Origin: the human T2T-CHM13v2.0 reference genome, Homo sapiens
Length of the DNA stretch: 64,000 nt
Assembly (NCBI RefSeq): GCF_009914755.1
Contig: NC_060927.1
Direction: 5' to 3' (one strand)
Shown piece by piece: positions 1 through 12,866 of the stretch (its first letter is position 1; each line of letters opens with the position of its first letter). Made by a program: the position numbers and the translations under genes. Under the pieces are notes generated by a model. That model was not told the origin of the DNA and ran no database searches. It worked only from the letters and a program-made list of their open reading frames with translations.

Positions 1-154
1 TGTAATACACAGATTATGAGTTGGTTGATATACAGCATTTGGTTTTATGGATCCTAGGAAGCTTTAAAATCAATGTGAGTTGTTTATTTACAAACAGGAC
101 CAAACCAAAATCTTTTGTTCCCCTTGGGACTAGAGAAAAGGGCAGAAAAGTCAA

Positions 155-345
155 ATGGTTAGGTCAAGAATCAAGAATCCTGTGGGCCTGTGTTCAAATT
201 CTGGCTCTACCACTCACTGGCTGAGTGACCTATGGCAAATTGCTTCTCGATGTCTCAGTTTCCTGTGCATAAATTGAAGCTAATACCAATACCCACTTCA
301 GAGTTGTTGTGAGGATTAAATGAGATAATACAGAAAGTATTTACC
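155..345 (+). mobile_element. MIR SINE
   Basis: ttcaaattctggctctaccactcactggctgagtgacc...tctcagtttcct...gttgttgtgaggattaaatgagataat matches the MIR core. Confidence 0.8.
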
Positions 346-588
346 TTAATGAGTGTCAACCAAAACCAAACAAACTTGGTTTGTGACATGGAAAAGGAAA
401 ACTGTTAAGTTTATTCCTTGGTAAAATTATTCAAATGGACTGATAGTAAATTTTTTTAAATATGTTGACAATCTCGTTGTCAGCTGACTGTCTTTGAGGC
501 CATGAGGGATCCCTGGGAGTGCAGTGTATGTACCAGCCAGGAGGAAAGGGTAAGGCTTTCCTTCCTTGCTCTCAAAAGGGAAGGAAGC

Positions 589-984
589 TGTATTAGACTG
601 TTCTCACATTGCTATAAAGAAATACCTGAGACTGAGTAAGAGCTGTAATTGGCTCAACCATTCCACAGGCTGTACAGGAAGCATGATGCTGGCATCTGCT
701 CAGCTTCTGGGGAGGCCTCAGGAAACTCACAGTCATGGCAGAAGGCGAAGGGGAAGTGAGGCACTTCACGTGGTCAGCACAGGAGGGGCAGGTGCCACAC
801 ACTTTTAAACAGCCAGATCTCATGAGAACTCCATCACGAGAACAGCACCAAAGGGATGGTTCTAAGCAATTCGTGAAAGATCTACTCCCAAAATCCAATT
901 ACCTCCCACCAGGCCCCACCTTCAACACTGGGTATTACAGTTCGACAGAAGATTTGGGCAGGGACACAAATCCAAACCATATCA
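589..984 (-). mobile_element. MSTA-type MaLR solo LTR
   Basis: tgtattag...tccaaaccatatca termini; 5-bp TSD gaagc/gaaac. Confidence 0.85.
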
Positions 985-1369
985 GAAACTTTGAGATACC
1001 TTTCAACTGTTGAGTCATTTCAAACCGAGGCCGAGGGGCTCACAGAGAAGGAGTCTCGGGGCCAGTTAGCCAAGCCCAGACCTGGTGCTGCATCGAATCG
1101 CTTCTAAGCTGACAATTGGGAAGTGAGGACAATTTGCTCAGTGACTGACTAACGTCATGAAGGTGTTGTTTCCGTACATATTGAGGTTCAGCTAAAGCAG
1201 ACATTAATATTGGTAATTTTATCAGAAGTAGATATTTCAGATATCATCAATGTTTTAAGTCCCTAAATGATAATATTTTTATTGTTTTTACAGTTCCGAA
1301 TGACTTCTGGAGAATAGTAAATGTGTCCCTAAACATAGGATATAATTTTACCTAAAAATTTCATATACA

Positions 1370-1819
1370 TGTTGTGAGATAAATTGTGTTCCCCCAAAAA
1401 AGATATGTTCAACTCCTAAGCTAGTACCTATGAATGTGATCTTATTGGGAAATAGGGTCATTACAGATGTAAGCAAGTTAAGATGCTCAGTATGGTGGAC
1501 CCTAAACCCAATATGACTGGTGAGCTGATAAGCAAAGGAGACATAGATAGGCACTCAGAGAGAATACCATATGACAACAGAAGCAGAGATTGGAGTGACA
1601 CGGATACAAGTCATGGAACACCAAGGATTGCCAGCAATTCCAGAAACTGAAAGAAGGACATGGGACAGATTCTGCCCAAGAGCCGTCACGGAGACAGCAT
1701 GGCCCTGCTGACATTGATTTTGGACTTCCAGCCTCCAGAGCTGTGACAGAATAAGGTAATGTTGTTTAAAGTCACCTGCCTTGTGGTACTTCCGTATAGC
1801 AGCCCTAGAAACTAATACA
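1370..1819 (+). mobile_element. MLT1B/C MaLR solo LTR
   Basis: tgttgtg...gacttccagcctccagagctgtga...gcagccctagaaactaataca. Confidence 0.8.
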
Positions 1820-1877
1820 CACTATGTTAAGATTATTTTGGTGCTACATTTTAATGATTTTTAAAAACTATGATTAG

Positions 1878-2192
1878 GGCCACGCACAGTGGCTCATGCC
1901 TGTAATCCCAGCACTTGGGAGGCCAAAGCAGGTGGATCACTTGATGTCAGGAGTTTGAGGCCTGCCTAGCCAACATGGTGAAACCTCGTCTCTACTAAAA
2001 ATACAAAAATTAGCTGGATGTAGTGGCTGCATACCTATAGTTCCAGCTCCTTGGGAGGCTGAGGCAGGAGAATCGCTTGAACCTGGGAGGCAGAGGTTTC
2101 AGTGACCCAAGATCTCACCACTGCACTCCAGCCTGGATGACAGAGAGAAACTCCGTCTCAAATTAATTAATTAATTAATTAATAAAATAAAA
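1878..2192 (+). mobile_element. AluS
   Basis: Dimeric Alu; TSD taaaaactatgattagg. Confidence 0.95.
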
Positions 2193-2362
2193 TAAAAACT
2201 ATGATTAGGAGCTTTCTGTGACTCTCCTTTTCCCACCCCTCCCTACTATCTGAGAGTTGATGACATTTTCTGTTTTATTTCTTCCGTGTTTAATTGTATA
2301 GTCTCTGAGAACTAGATTTGATCTCAAGGACAGGAAAATGAAAAGGAACTCATCATGACTTC

Positions 2363-2916
2363 TGGGATGGTTAATATTAAGTGTCAACTTGATTGGATTG
2401 AAGGATGAAAAGTGTTGTTTGTGGGTGTATCTGGGTGTTGCCAGAAGAGATTAACTTTTGAGTTGGTGGGCTAGGAGAAGACCCACCCTCAGGAAGACCC
2501 ACCCACAGTGTGGGCGGGCATCATCCAATCGGCCCCAGCTTGGCTGGAAAAAGCTGGCAGAAGAAAGTGGAAGGAGCTGACTGGCTGAGTCTTCCAGCTT
2601 TCATCCTTCTCCTATGCTGGATGCTTCCTGCCCTGGAACATCAGACTCCAAGTTCTTCGGCTTTTGGACTCTTGGACTTACACCAGTGGACTTACACCAC
2701 TGAAGGCCCGAGAGCCCCTGTCAACTTCCCCTGTCAACTTTGAGGGTTGGGGACTCAGACTGAACCACTACTGGCTTCCTTGCTCCTCAGCTTGCAGACG
2801 GCCTGCCGTGGGACTTCACCTGGTGACTGTGTGAGTCAGTTCTCCTTAATAAACTCCCTTTCCTATATACATCTATCCTATTAGTTCTTTCCCTCTAGAG
2901 AACCCTTACTAATACA
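2363..2916 (+). mobile_element. MLT2A (MLT2A2-like) ERVL solo LTR
   Basis: tgggatggttaatattaagtgtcaacttgattgg...ctagagaacccttactaataca; TSD acttc/acatc. Confidence 0.85.
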
Positions 2917-3152
2917 ACATCCAACTTCAAATTGCTTTTTTTCAACCATAAACCTTGACTGGAGGTCAACCAAGTATTGGGTACTGTTCCAGGCACTTTA
3001 ATTAAAAAGATAAAGTAAGGCACAGTTCTTGTCCTGAAAAATATCTGATTCTTAGGCTGAAAACAGACACACAGTCCCAAAACACTGTGATGAATGCTTT
3101 AAAGGGGTTTTTAGACTTCAGGTACACCAGAATCACCTGGAGGGCGTATTTA

Positions 3153-3768
<616 letters not shown>

Positions 3769-3983
3769 ACCTAAATGAGTGGGCCCCAACCCCAGAGCAA
3801 TTGATTCAGAAAGTCGTGAGCAGGGTCTGAGAGTTTGTGTTTCCAGCCAGTTCCCAGGTGCTGCTGTTGCTGCTGCTGCTGGTGGTGGTGGCTGGGAACC
3901 ACACTTCAAGAACCTCTGCTCTGAGAGAACAGTTTCAAATGTTAGAGGACTGGCATTTGAGCTGGCTTTAGGACAAGGAGTGA

Positions 3984-4070
3984 GGTTGGGTGTGGTGGCT
4001 CATGCCTGTAACCCCAGCAATTTGACAGGCTGAGGCAGGTGGATGGCTTGAGCCCAGGAGTTCAAGACCT
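3984..4070 (+). mobile_element. Alu left-arm fragment
   Basis: ggttgggtgtggtggctcatgcctgtaa...gagttcaagacc. Confidence 0.85.
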
Positions 4071-4224
4071 TCCAGGCTCAAGCAATCCTCCCACCTCAGC
4101 CCCCACAAGCAGCTGGGACTACAGGCATGTACCACTATGTCCAGCTAATTTTTAAATTTTGTGTAGAGATGGAGTCTTACCATGTTGCCCAGGTTGGTCT
4201 CAAACTCCTGGGCTCAAGTGATCT
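4071..4224 (-). mobile_element. AluJ internal fragment
   Basis: ctcaagcaatcctcccacctcagc...ggtctcaaactcctgggctcaagtgatc. Confidence 0.85.
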
Positions 4225-4360
4225 CTATGTAACTATATGTATATTTCTATATATCTATATAGATATATGGATATATACACATACATACACATATACGTGT
4301 GTGTGTATATGTGTATATATATAGAGAGAGAGAGAGAGAGAGACAGAGAGAGAGAGAGAG
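4225..4360. repeat. (TA/CA/TG)n then (GA)n microsatellite
   Basis: Seen directly. Confidence 0.9.
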
Positions 4361-4746
4361 ATGAAGGAATTGGCTCATGTGATTGTGGGGACTGACAAAT
4401 CCAAATCCAAAATCTGTAGAGCAGCAGTTTAGGTAAGTGTTGATGTTGCAGTCTTGAGTCCGAAACCCACAGGGCAGGCAGCGACTGGAAACTCAGGCAG
4501 GATTTCTATGTTACAGTCTTGAGGCAGAATTCGCTTTTGGAGAAACCTCAGTTTTTTTTTAAGGCTTTCAGTTGATTTAGTGAGTCCCACCCACGTTATG
4601 GAGAGGAACTGGCTTGACTCAAATTCTACTGATTTTAATGTTAATCACATCTACAAAATACCTTCACAGCAACATCCAGACTAGTGTCTGACCAAACAGC
4701 TGGGCACATAGCCTAGCCAAGGTGACACACAAAATTAACCATCACA
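4361..4746 (-). mobile_element. MLT2D-like ERVL LTR (3' end missing)
   Basis: gaaggaattggctcatgtgattgtgggg...gtgacacacaaaattaaccatcaca. Confidence 0.75.
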
Positions 4747-4789
4747 TGCCTCTTCCCTTCATGTACCCTGGCTGCCCAGATATTCCATC

Positions 4790-5103
4790 AGTCTCTGGAG
4801 CCTTAGGGGCTTTGTTCTTTCTAGTCCCTTTGCCTGTGATATGTTCCCCTTCTTTATTTACCCGGGGTCTCAGGTTAATAATCATACCCTAGAAAAGCCC
4901 TGATTGATTCCCGTAGTTTAGTTAGGATCCCCTGGTGTGACCCTACCCAGCTTCCTATATTTTTCTTTCACATCCTTTGTATACTTTAAAAAATGTGAAC
5001 ATTTATAAAGAATTGTTTCGACTTTTCCCTCTTGGACTGGAAGCCCCTCATGGTATCCTACTCTTCCTATAGTGCCTGACACATAGTAGGTGCTCATCAA
5101 AAC
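4790..5103 (+). mobile_element. L2 3' fragment
   Basis: agtgcctgacacatagtaggtgctcatcaaa matches the L2 end. Confidence 0.65.
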
Positions 5104-5509
5104 CTTGGGGCTTCTCTAAATGACGTACAGACTTGGAAGCCTTCTCAGGGAGTCTTATGTACAAGTAAGGAGACTCATGAGAGTCAAACAGCAGGATTTA
5201 GGCCCAGGTCTTCTAACACCAAGCGAGATATCTTCTCCCTGCACCCTCCAGTTTCAGGGCAGAACCCCAAGTGTCCCATTCTGAGCTGGCTGACTTATTT
5301 TGCCTTACTAAGAAAGCCAGAGAGCCTCTCTGACCTTCAATCTCCAAATTCACAAATGAAATCCATGTGGAGAAGGAGCTTCTTTTCACAAGTTAATATG
5401 GTAGGACCAGTGGATCAAAGGTAGATATCAAGAGCTACAATCTCACGCCTCCATACCTCCCATTCCACCCCATCTTATGAGAAACTTTTCAGACTAGATA
5501 CTAAGGAAA

Positions 5510-5716
5510 GCAACTATGTATTAAATGCTCGCTATGTGCCAAAGACAGTTGTAGTGCTTTGGGGTATATCTTCTCACTTAAGCTTCACCTATTTATGTAC
5601 TAATATTAACCCCATTTTACACATAGGGAAACTAAGACATGAAAACTTGAACAAATCTTACAACCAACTGATGGTAGATCCAAAATTTCAACCTAAATGG
5701 TCAAGATCCACAGGCT
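5510..5716 (-). mobile_element. MIR
   Basis: tatgtgcc...ccccattttacacatagggaaactaagac. Confidence 0.7.
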
Positions 5717-6025
5717 GTGTTGTTGTTGTTGTTGTTGTTGTTTTGTTGTTTTGTTTTGAGACTCTCTCTCTGTCTCCCAAGCTGGAGTGCAGTGGTGCCA
5801 TCTCAGCCTTGATCTCCTGTGCTCAAGCGATCCTCCCACCTCAGCCTCCCAAGTAGCTGGGACTACAGGTGTGCACCACCATGCCCAGCCATTTTTTTTT
5901 ATTTTTTGTAGAGATGGGGTCTCATTTTGTTGCCAGGCTTGTCTCAAACTCCTGAGTTCAAGTGATCCTTCTGCTTTGGCCTCCCAAAGTGCTGGGATTA
6001 CAGGTGTGAACCACTATGCCCAGCC
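5717..6025 (-). mobile_element. AluJ with (TTG)n tail
   Basis: Antisense Alu. Confidence 0.9.
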
Positions 6026-6079
6026 TCAGCCTTTGTTCTTAATCACTTTGCCTTAGAAGAGATGACCCTTAATGTGTCT

Positions 6080-6685
6080 AAAGCAGTCAGGCCAATGAAA
6101 TCAAATGTGAGCCATAAAATGTGAGTCACATATGTGATTTTAACTTTCCTAGTGACCACGTTAAGAAAAATGATTTTTTTTTTTTTTTTTTTGAGATGGA
6201 GTCTCACTCTGTCATCAGGCTGGAGCGCAGTTGGCACGATCTCGGCTCACTGCAACCTCTGCCTTCCAGGTTCAAGCGATTCTCCTGCCTCAGCCTCCTG
6301 AGTAGCTGGGATTACAAGTGCACACCACCACACCCGGCTAATTTTTGTATTTGTAGTAGAGACAGGGTTTCATCATGTTGGCCAGGATGGTTTCGATCTC
6401 TTGACCTCGTGATTCACCCACATCAGCCTCCCAAAGTGCTGGGATTACAGGCATGAGCCACCGTGCCCAGCCCGAAATTATTTTTAAAAATTTTATTTAA
6501 CCCAGTATATATTTAAAAATCTACCATTTCAACGTGTTCAATATAAATAATTATGAGATAGTTTACATTGTTTTTTCATACTCAGTCTTTGAAGTCTGGT
6601 GAGTATTTTATACCTCCCAATTCGGCCCAGCCACATTTCAAGTGCTCAGTAGTACTTGTGACTGGCACCTACCATATGGCAGCTG
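6080..6685. mobile_element. MER33-like hAT-Charlie element interrupted by an Alu
   Basis: gtgagtcacatatgtgattttaac...agccacatttcaagtgctcagtag. Confidence 0.7.
6174..6472 (-). mobile_element. AluSc-like
   Basis: Antisense Alu; ggatggtttcgatctcttgacctcgtgat. Confidence 0.9.
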
Positions 6686-7689
6686 GACTGAGCATGTCTA
6701 AAGGAACTCTCGGTGTAACCCTTAGACGCTGAAATAACCAGGCTGCTCTTACTCCCTACCCACAATAAAATTCCCACTGTCCCAGCCAGGGACCGCGAAG
6801 CTCTGCCCCCTTTAGGATGCCAATCAGTTATTGGAATACCTGAGCCTGCCTCTCAACTCAGTCTTGGGTGTTGGGGGGTTATGACCATCTTCATAAACTG
6901 CAGTTATCTTTCACCCCATGGACAAGAATCCAGAGTCCACAGTCCCTGTCACGTAGATTGGGATCTTGGTTTGCCAGTGGTGAGGCGGCCAGTTCTGTGC
7001 ACTCACCCTGAGCCTCTCACTCCCTCTCTGCCTGGAATGAGTCCAACTTGGTGAGTCAGGGCATGAGTTATGAGTAATCCAGAAGGCCCTGAACAATTGT
7101 CTTCCTGACTTTTGAATCACCCGATCCTCTCTGGGATCAGATCAAGTTGGGGGAGTTGGTTCTGTTGGTTGGCAGGGACGGGCCCCCTGCTGAGATGTCT
7201 CATCTGGTCCCTCCTTTTTCTCTTGGCTCCCTGACAGTTCAGGCATTTGGCAGAGGGAACTTAAATTTTCTGGAATTGCTTTTGCAGGGAATTTATCATG
7301 AACTCACCAGTCCCTTCACGTGGCTTCCATTCTCTCAAGGTTTAGTTCATTGGTTTGGGGGTTCCCCTCCCTACTTTTTTTCCCTTTTAAAAGCTCTAAC
7401 CATTAAAACATAACTTAGTAAGCTAGAGAGTGGTTTAAATAAAATGAAAAATCGAAAGACAATTATGGTTATGGTGTGTTGTCAACTTCTCACTTGTGAG
7501 AGACCAGTCTTTCCACCTGAACCCTCACCCAGAAAATTCTGCAGATTCTACTTTCAGGCCCCTCTGCCCACAGTATTGGCAGAGACTTTTATACACTGGT
7601 GCAAAATTTAAAATTCTTCCAGGAGAAAGAAGTGCTCCAATCCTAGAGGGACTCTCATGTTGAAATATAACAGTGGAGTTAATTAGCAT

Positions 7690-7801
7690 TGCAGGGCTCA
7701 CAAAACTGCCTCCAGGGGCTCCTTCTCAGATTTAAATCAGGGCTGTGTGTGAGATGGAACAGCTCCCACAGAAAGACCCCTTCCACCAACAGCTCTGACC
7801 A
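7690..7801 (+). repeat. Unidentified ~115 bp unit, copy A of an inverted pair
   Basis: Core is ~75% identical (by eye) to the reverse complement of 8487-8573. Confidence 0.75.
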
Positions 7802-8154
7802 CCGTTTTTTCATCCTTCTCCTTTGGCTCTGCGAGGAGGAACAGCTGAGCCTGGATCGGTGGGCAGCATTTACCAGCTGCATGCTAATAGTGCCCAGGGC
7901 CCCTTCCCAGCCCACCTCCTGCTTTCCCCTCAGCACTTTGCTTCTGAAGCCAGATCTCCTTAACCCTTTAAGTTCACACTTATCCCTGTCCTAGAGTGGC
8001 AGCAGTTGGGTGAGCCTGGACTTTTCCAGGTTGGGGAAGAAGTCAGGGGGGGCCTTTGGCCCAAGCACTCCTTTCAGCTCAGCCTAAGAAAGTGCATTTT
8101 CTAAATGACCCTGCCATTTTTTTTGTATCCTGGACATGAGCTAGATATCTGCTT

Positions 8155-8335
8155 CATAGATTCTCTGCATGCGTTTCACAACCTTGCCTGGTAGGTATTC
8201 TAATCTCCATTTTACAAAGGAGGAAACTAGGACTGAGAGAGGAGGTGGTGTTTCTAAGTTGAACCTGCATGAAAGATGGTTCTAGGATCCCAACCCAGGT
8301 CTGTCTTGCTCCAAAGCCCCATGCCAGGAACACTG
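8155..8335 (-). mobile_element. MIR
   Basis: ctccattttacaaaggaggaaactaggactgagaga. Confidence 0.75.
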
Positions 8336-8486
8336 TTCCCCACCCATCCCCAGGCCGAAATGGTGGAGATGCTGCTGCACTATTACTGCTACAAATGCTA
8401 GTGATTATAATAGGAGCAGCAAATACTTTGTAACAGATCACATTTTGCAAAGATGGGTAACTAATTAAACATTACACAGAAGGCCC

Positions 8487-8833
8487 TGGTCAGAGCTGTT
8501 AGGGGCTGGTGGGAGGTGTCTGCTCTGCACAAGCTATCCCATCTCACATATAGCCTCGATTTAAATCTGAAGAATGGCCTGGGTAATATAGTGAGACCCT
8601 GTCTCTGCAAAAAATGAAAAGTTAGCCAGGTGTGGTGATGCATGCCTATAGTTCCAGCTACTGGGAAGGCTGAGACAGTAGGCTGAGCCCAGGAGATTGA
8701 GGCTGTAGCGAGCTATAATTGTGCCACTGCACTCTGGCCTGGGTGACAATAAGACCCTGTCTCTATAAAATAAAATAAAATAAAATAAAATAAAATCTAA
8801 GAGCTTGTTCAGGGGGATTTATGAGCCATGCTG
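8487..8833 (-). repeat. Unidentified unit, copy B, interrupted by an Alu
   Basis: Reverse complement reads tcagatttaaatcgaggctatatgtgagatggg...aacagctctgacca. Confidence 0.7.
8577..8795 (+). mobile_element. 5'-truncated AluJ
   Basis: Right arm plus part of left arm; TSD aaatct(g)aaga. Confidence 0.9.
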
Positions 8834-9000
8834 TGAAATATATGAGTATAGACATCTGTATTGATATCTATTTCTAAACAGGCATACCTCAGAGATATTG
8901 TGGGTTTGGTTCCAGACCACACCAATAAAGTGACTATCACAATAAACTGACTCACACAAATTTTTCGGTTTCCCAGTGCATATAAAAGTTGTGCTTATAA

Positions 9001-9331
<331 letters not shown>

Positions 9332-9458
9332 CTATTAAGTGTGTAATGGCATTATGTCTAAAAAAAGTATGTACCTTAATTTAATTATTTATTTATTTTC
9401 TCAGCCTGGTTCAAGGGGGAATCTTAACTTTAAAATTCTTTATTGCTAAGAAATGCTA

Positions 9459-9777
<319 letters not shown>

Positions 9778-9779
9778 TG

Positions 9780-11650
9780 CTAACAATCATCTGAACCTTC
9801 AGCGAGTCATAAACTTTTTGCTGGTGAAGGGTCTTTCCTCCATGCAGATGGCTGCTGACTGATCAGCGTCATGGCTGCTGAAGGCTGGAGTGGCTGTGGT
9901 AATTTCATACAGTAAGACAACAATGAAGTTTGCTGCATTGATCGGTTTGTCCTTTCATGAAAGATTTCTCTGTAGCATCCAATGCCGTTTGATAGCATTT
10001 TACCCACAGTAGAACTTTGTTCACAATTGAAGTCAGTTCTCTCAAACCCTGCTGCTGCTTTATCAACTAGGTTCATATATTAATCTAAATCCTATGCTGA
10101 CATTTCAACAATGTTCACAGCATCTTTACCAGGAGTGTGTTCCATCTCAAGAAACTACTTCCTTTGCTCATTCATAAGAAGCAACTCCTTGTCTGTTCAA
10201 GTTTGATCATGAGATTGCAGCAATTCAGGCACATCTTCAGGCTCCACTTCTAATTCCAGTTCTCTTGCTGTTTCCACCCCATCTGCAGTTACTTCTTCCA
10301 CTGATGTTTTGAACCCCTTCAAGACATCCATGAAGGTTGGAATCAACTTCTTCCAAACCCCAGTTAATATTGATATTTTGACATTCTCCCAGGAATCATG
10401 AGTATTCTTAATGGCATCTAGAATAGTGAATCATTTCCAGAATGTTTTCAATTTATTTTGCCCAGATCCTTCAAAGGAATCACTGTTTATGGCATCTACA
10501 GCCTTACAAAATGTATTTCCTAAATAATAAGACTCGAAAGTCAAAATCGCTCCTTGATCCATGGACTGCAGAACATATATTGTATTAGCAGGCACGAAAA
10601 CATTCATCTCCTTATACATCTCCATCAGAGCTCTTGGGTGACCAGATGCATTGTCAATGAGCAGTAATATTTTGAAAGGAATCTTTTTTTCTGAGCAGTA
10701 GGTCTCAACAGTGGGCTTAAAATATTCAGTAAACCATGCTGTAAATAGATGTGCCATCCAGGCTTTGTTGTTCCATTTACAGAGCACTGGCAGAGTAGAT
10801 TTAGCATAATTCTAAAGGGCCCTAGGATTTTCAGAATGGCAAATGGGCATTGGCTTCAACTTAAAGTCATCAGTTGCATTAGCGTCTAAGAGAGTCAGCC
10901 ATTCTTTTGAAGCTTTGAAACCAGATATCTACTTTTCCTCTCTAATTAGAAAAGTCCTAGATGGCATCTTCTTCCAAGAGAAGGCTGTTTCATCTACATT
11001 GAAAATCTATTGTTTAGTGTAGCCACCTTCATCAGTTCTCTTGGCTGGATCTTCTCAGTAACTTGCTGCAGCTTCTACATCAGCACTTGCTGCTTCACCT
11101 TTATGTTACAGAGATGCCTTCTTTCCTTAAACCTCATGAACCAACTTCTGCTGGCTTCCAACTTTGCTGCAGCTTCCTCACCTCTCTTCAGCCTTTTCCT
11201 CTCTTCAGCCTTCACAGAATTGAAACAAGTTAGGGCCTTGCTCTGGATTAGGCTTTGGTTTAAACGAATGTTGTGGCTGGTTTGATCTTCTATCCAGACC
11301 ACTCAAACATTCTCCATATTAGCAGAAAAGCTATTTCGCTTTCTTAACATTTATATGTTCACTCAAGCAGCACTTTTAATTTCCTTCAAGAACTTTTCCT
11401 TTGCATTCACACTTTTTAACTGTTTGATACAAGAGGCCTGGCTTTTGGCCTGTCTCAGCTTTCAACATGCCTTCCTCACTAAGCTTCATCATTTCTAGCT
11501 TTTGATTTATTATTACTATATTATTATTACATAGTATTATATTATGTTATATTATTATTAATAATAAATCCTTTTCCTTCATGCAATTAGCTTTTGATTT
11601 AAATTGAAAGATGTGAGACTTTTCCTTTCATTTAAATACTTAGAGGCCAT
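9780..11650 (-). pseudogene. Decayed Tigger1 transposase
   Basis: ORF 11075-11302 ([27 protein letters not shown]-type HTH) and ORF 10431-10787 ([28 protein letters not shown]_1), broken by stops and frameshifts. Confidence 0.85.
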
Positions 11651-12198
11651 TGTGGGTTATTAATTGGCCTAATTTTTATATTGTTGTATCTCCAGGAGTA
11701 GAGAGGCCTGAGAGGGAGAGAGATGGGGGAATGGCCAGTTGGTAGAGCAATCAGAACACACACAACACTTATCAATTAATTTCACTGTCTTATATGAGTG
11801 CAGTAAATGGTGCCCCAAAACAGTTACAATAGTAATATCGAAGATCACTGATCACAGATCACCAAAACAGATATAGTAATAATGACAAAGTTTGAAATAT
11901 TGTGAGAATTACCAAAATGTGACATGAAGACATGAAGTGAGCACATGCTGTTGGAAAAATGGTGCCTATAGTCTTGTTCAATGTAGGGTTGCCACAGACC
12001 TTCAATTTTTAAAAAACAAAACAAACCACAATATCTGCAAAGCACAATGCAAAATCTAAGAAGCACAATAAAACAAAGTGTGTCTGTATATAATCACCAA
12101 TCTCTCATGTAAAGGGTTATAGATCTATCTCCTATCCTCCTATACTGTGACAATGTGACTAACACCCGTCCCCTGAAAGGTAGAGCCTATCTCCCCTC

Positions 12199-12580
12199 TG
12201 ATATGGTGTGGCTCTGTGTCCCCACCCAAATCTCATGTTGAATTGTAATCTCCAGTGTTGGGGGAAGGGCCTGATGCAAGATGATTGGATCATGGGGGTG
12301 GATTTCCTCCTTGCTGTTCTAGTGATAGTATGTGAGTTCTCACGAGATCTGGTTGTTTAAAAGTGTGTAGCACTTCTCTCTTCTCCTTCTCTCCTGCTCC
12401 ACCACGGTAAGACGTTCCTGCTTCCCCTTTGCCTTCTGCCATGATTGTAAGTTTCCTGAGGCCTCCCCAGCCATGCTTCCCATAGAGCCTGTGGAACTAT
12501 GAGTCAGTTAAACCTCTTTTCTTTATAAATTACCCAGTCTCAGGTAATTCTTTATAGCAGCGTGAGAACGGACTATTACA
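12199..12580 (+). mobile_element. MSTA MaLR solo LTR, nested in an older MLT1-like fragment
   Basis: tgatatggtgtggctctgtgtcccc...ggactattaca; perfect TSD ccctc. Confidence 0.88.
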
Positions 12581-12664
12581 CCCTCCTCTTGAAACTGTGT
12601 GTCTTATAACTGCTCCAGGAAATAGAATATGGCTGTGTGGCTCTTGAGGTTAGATCATAAAGGA

Positions 12665-12834
12665 CTCAGGGTCTCTCGCAGGCTGAATTCATCCTCAGTG
12701 TTTAACCCAGGGAGGATCTGCTTCCAAGCTCACTCACATGAGTCAGGACCTTGCTGTTGGCTGCAGACATCAGTTCCTTGACACGTGGGCCTCTCCATAG
12801 GACTACTCACAACATGGAGGCTTGCTTTTCCCAC

Positions 12835-12866
<32 letters not shown>

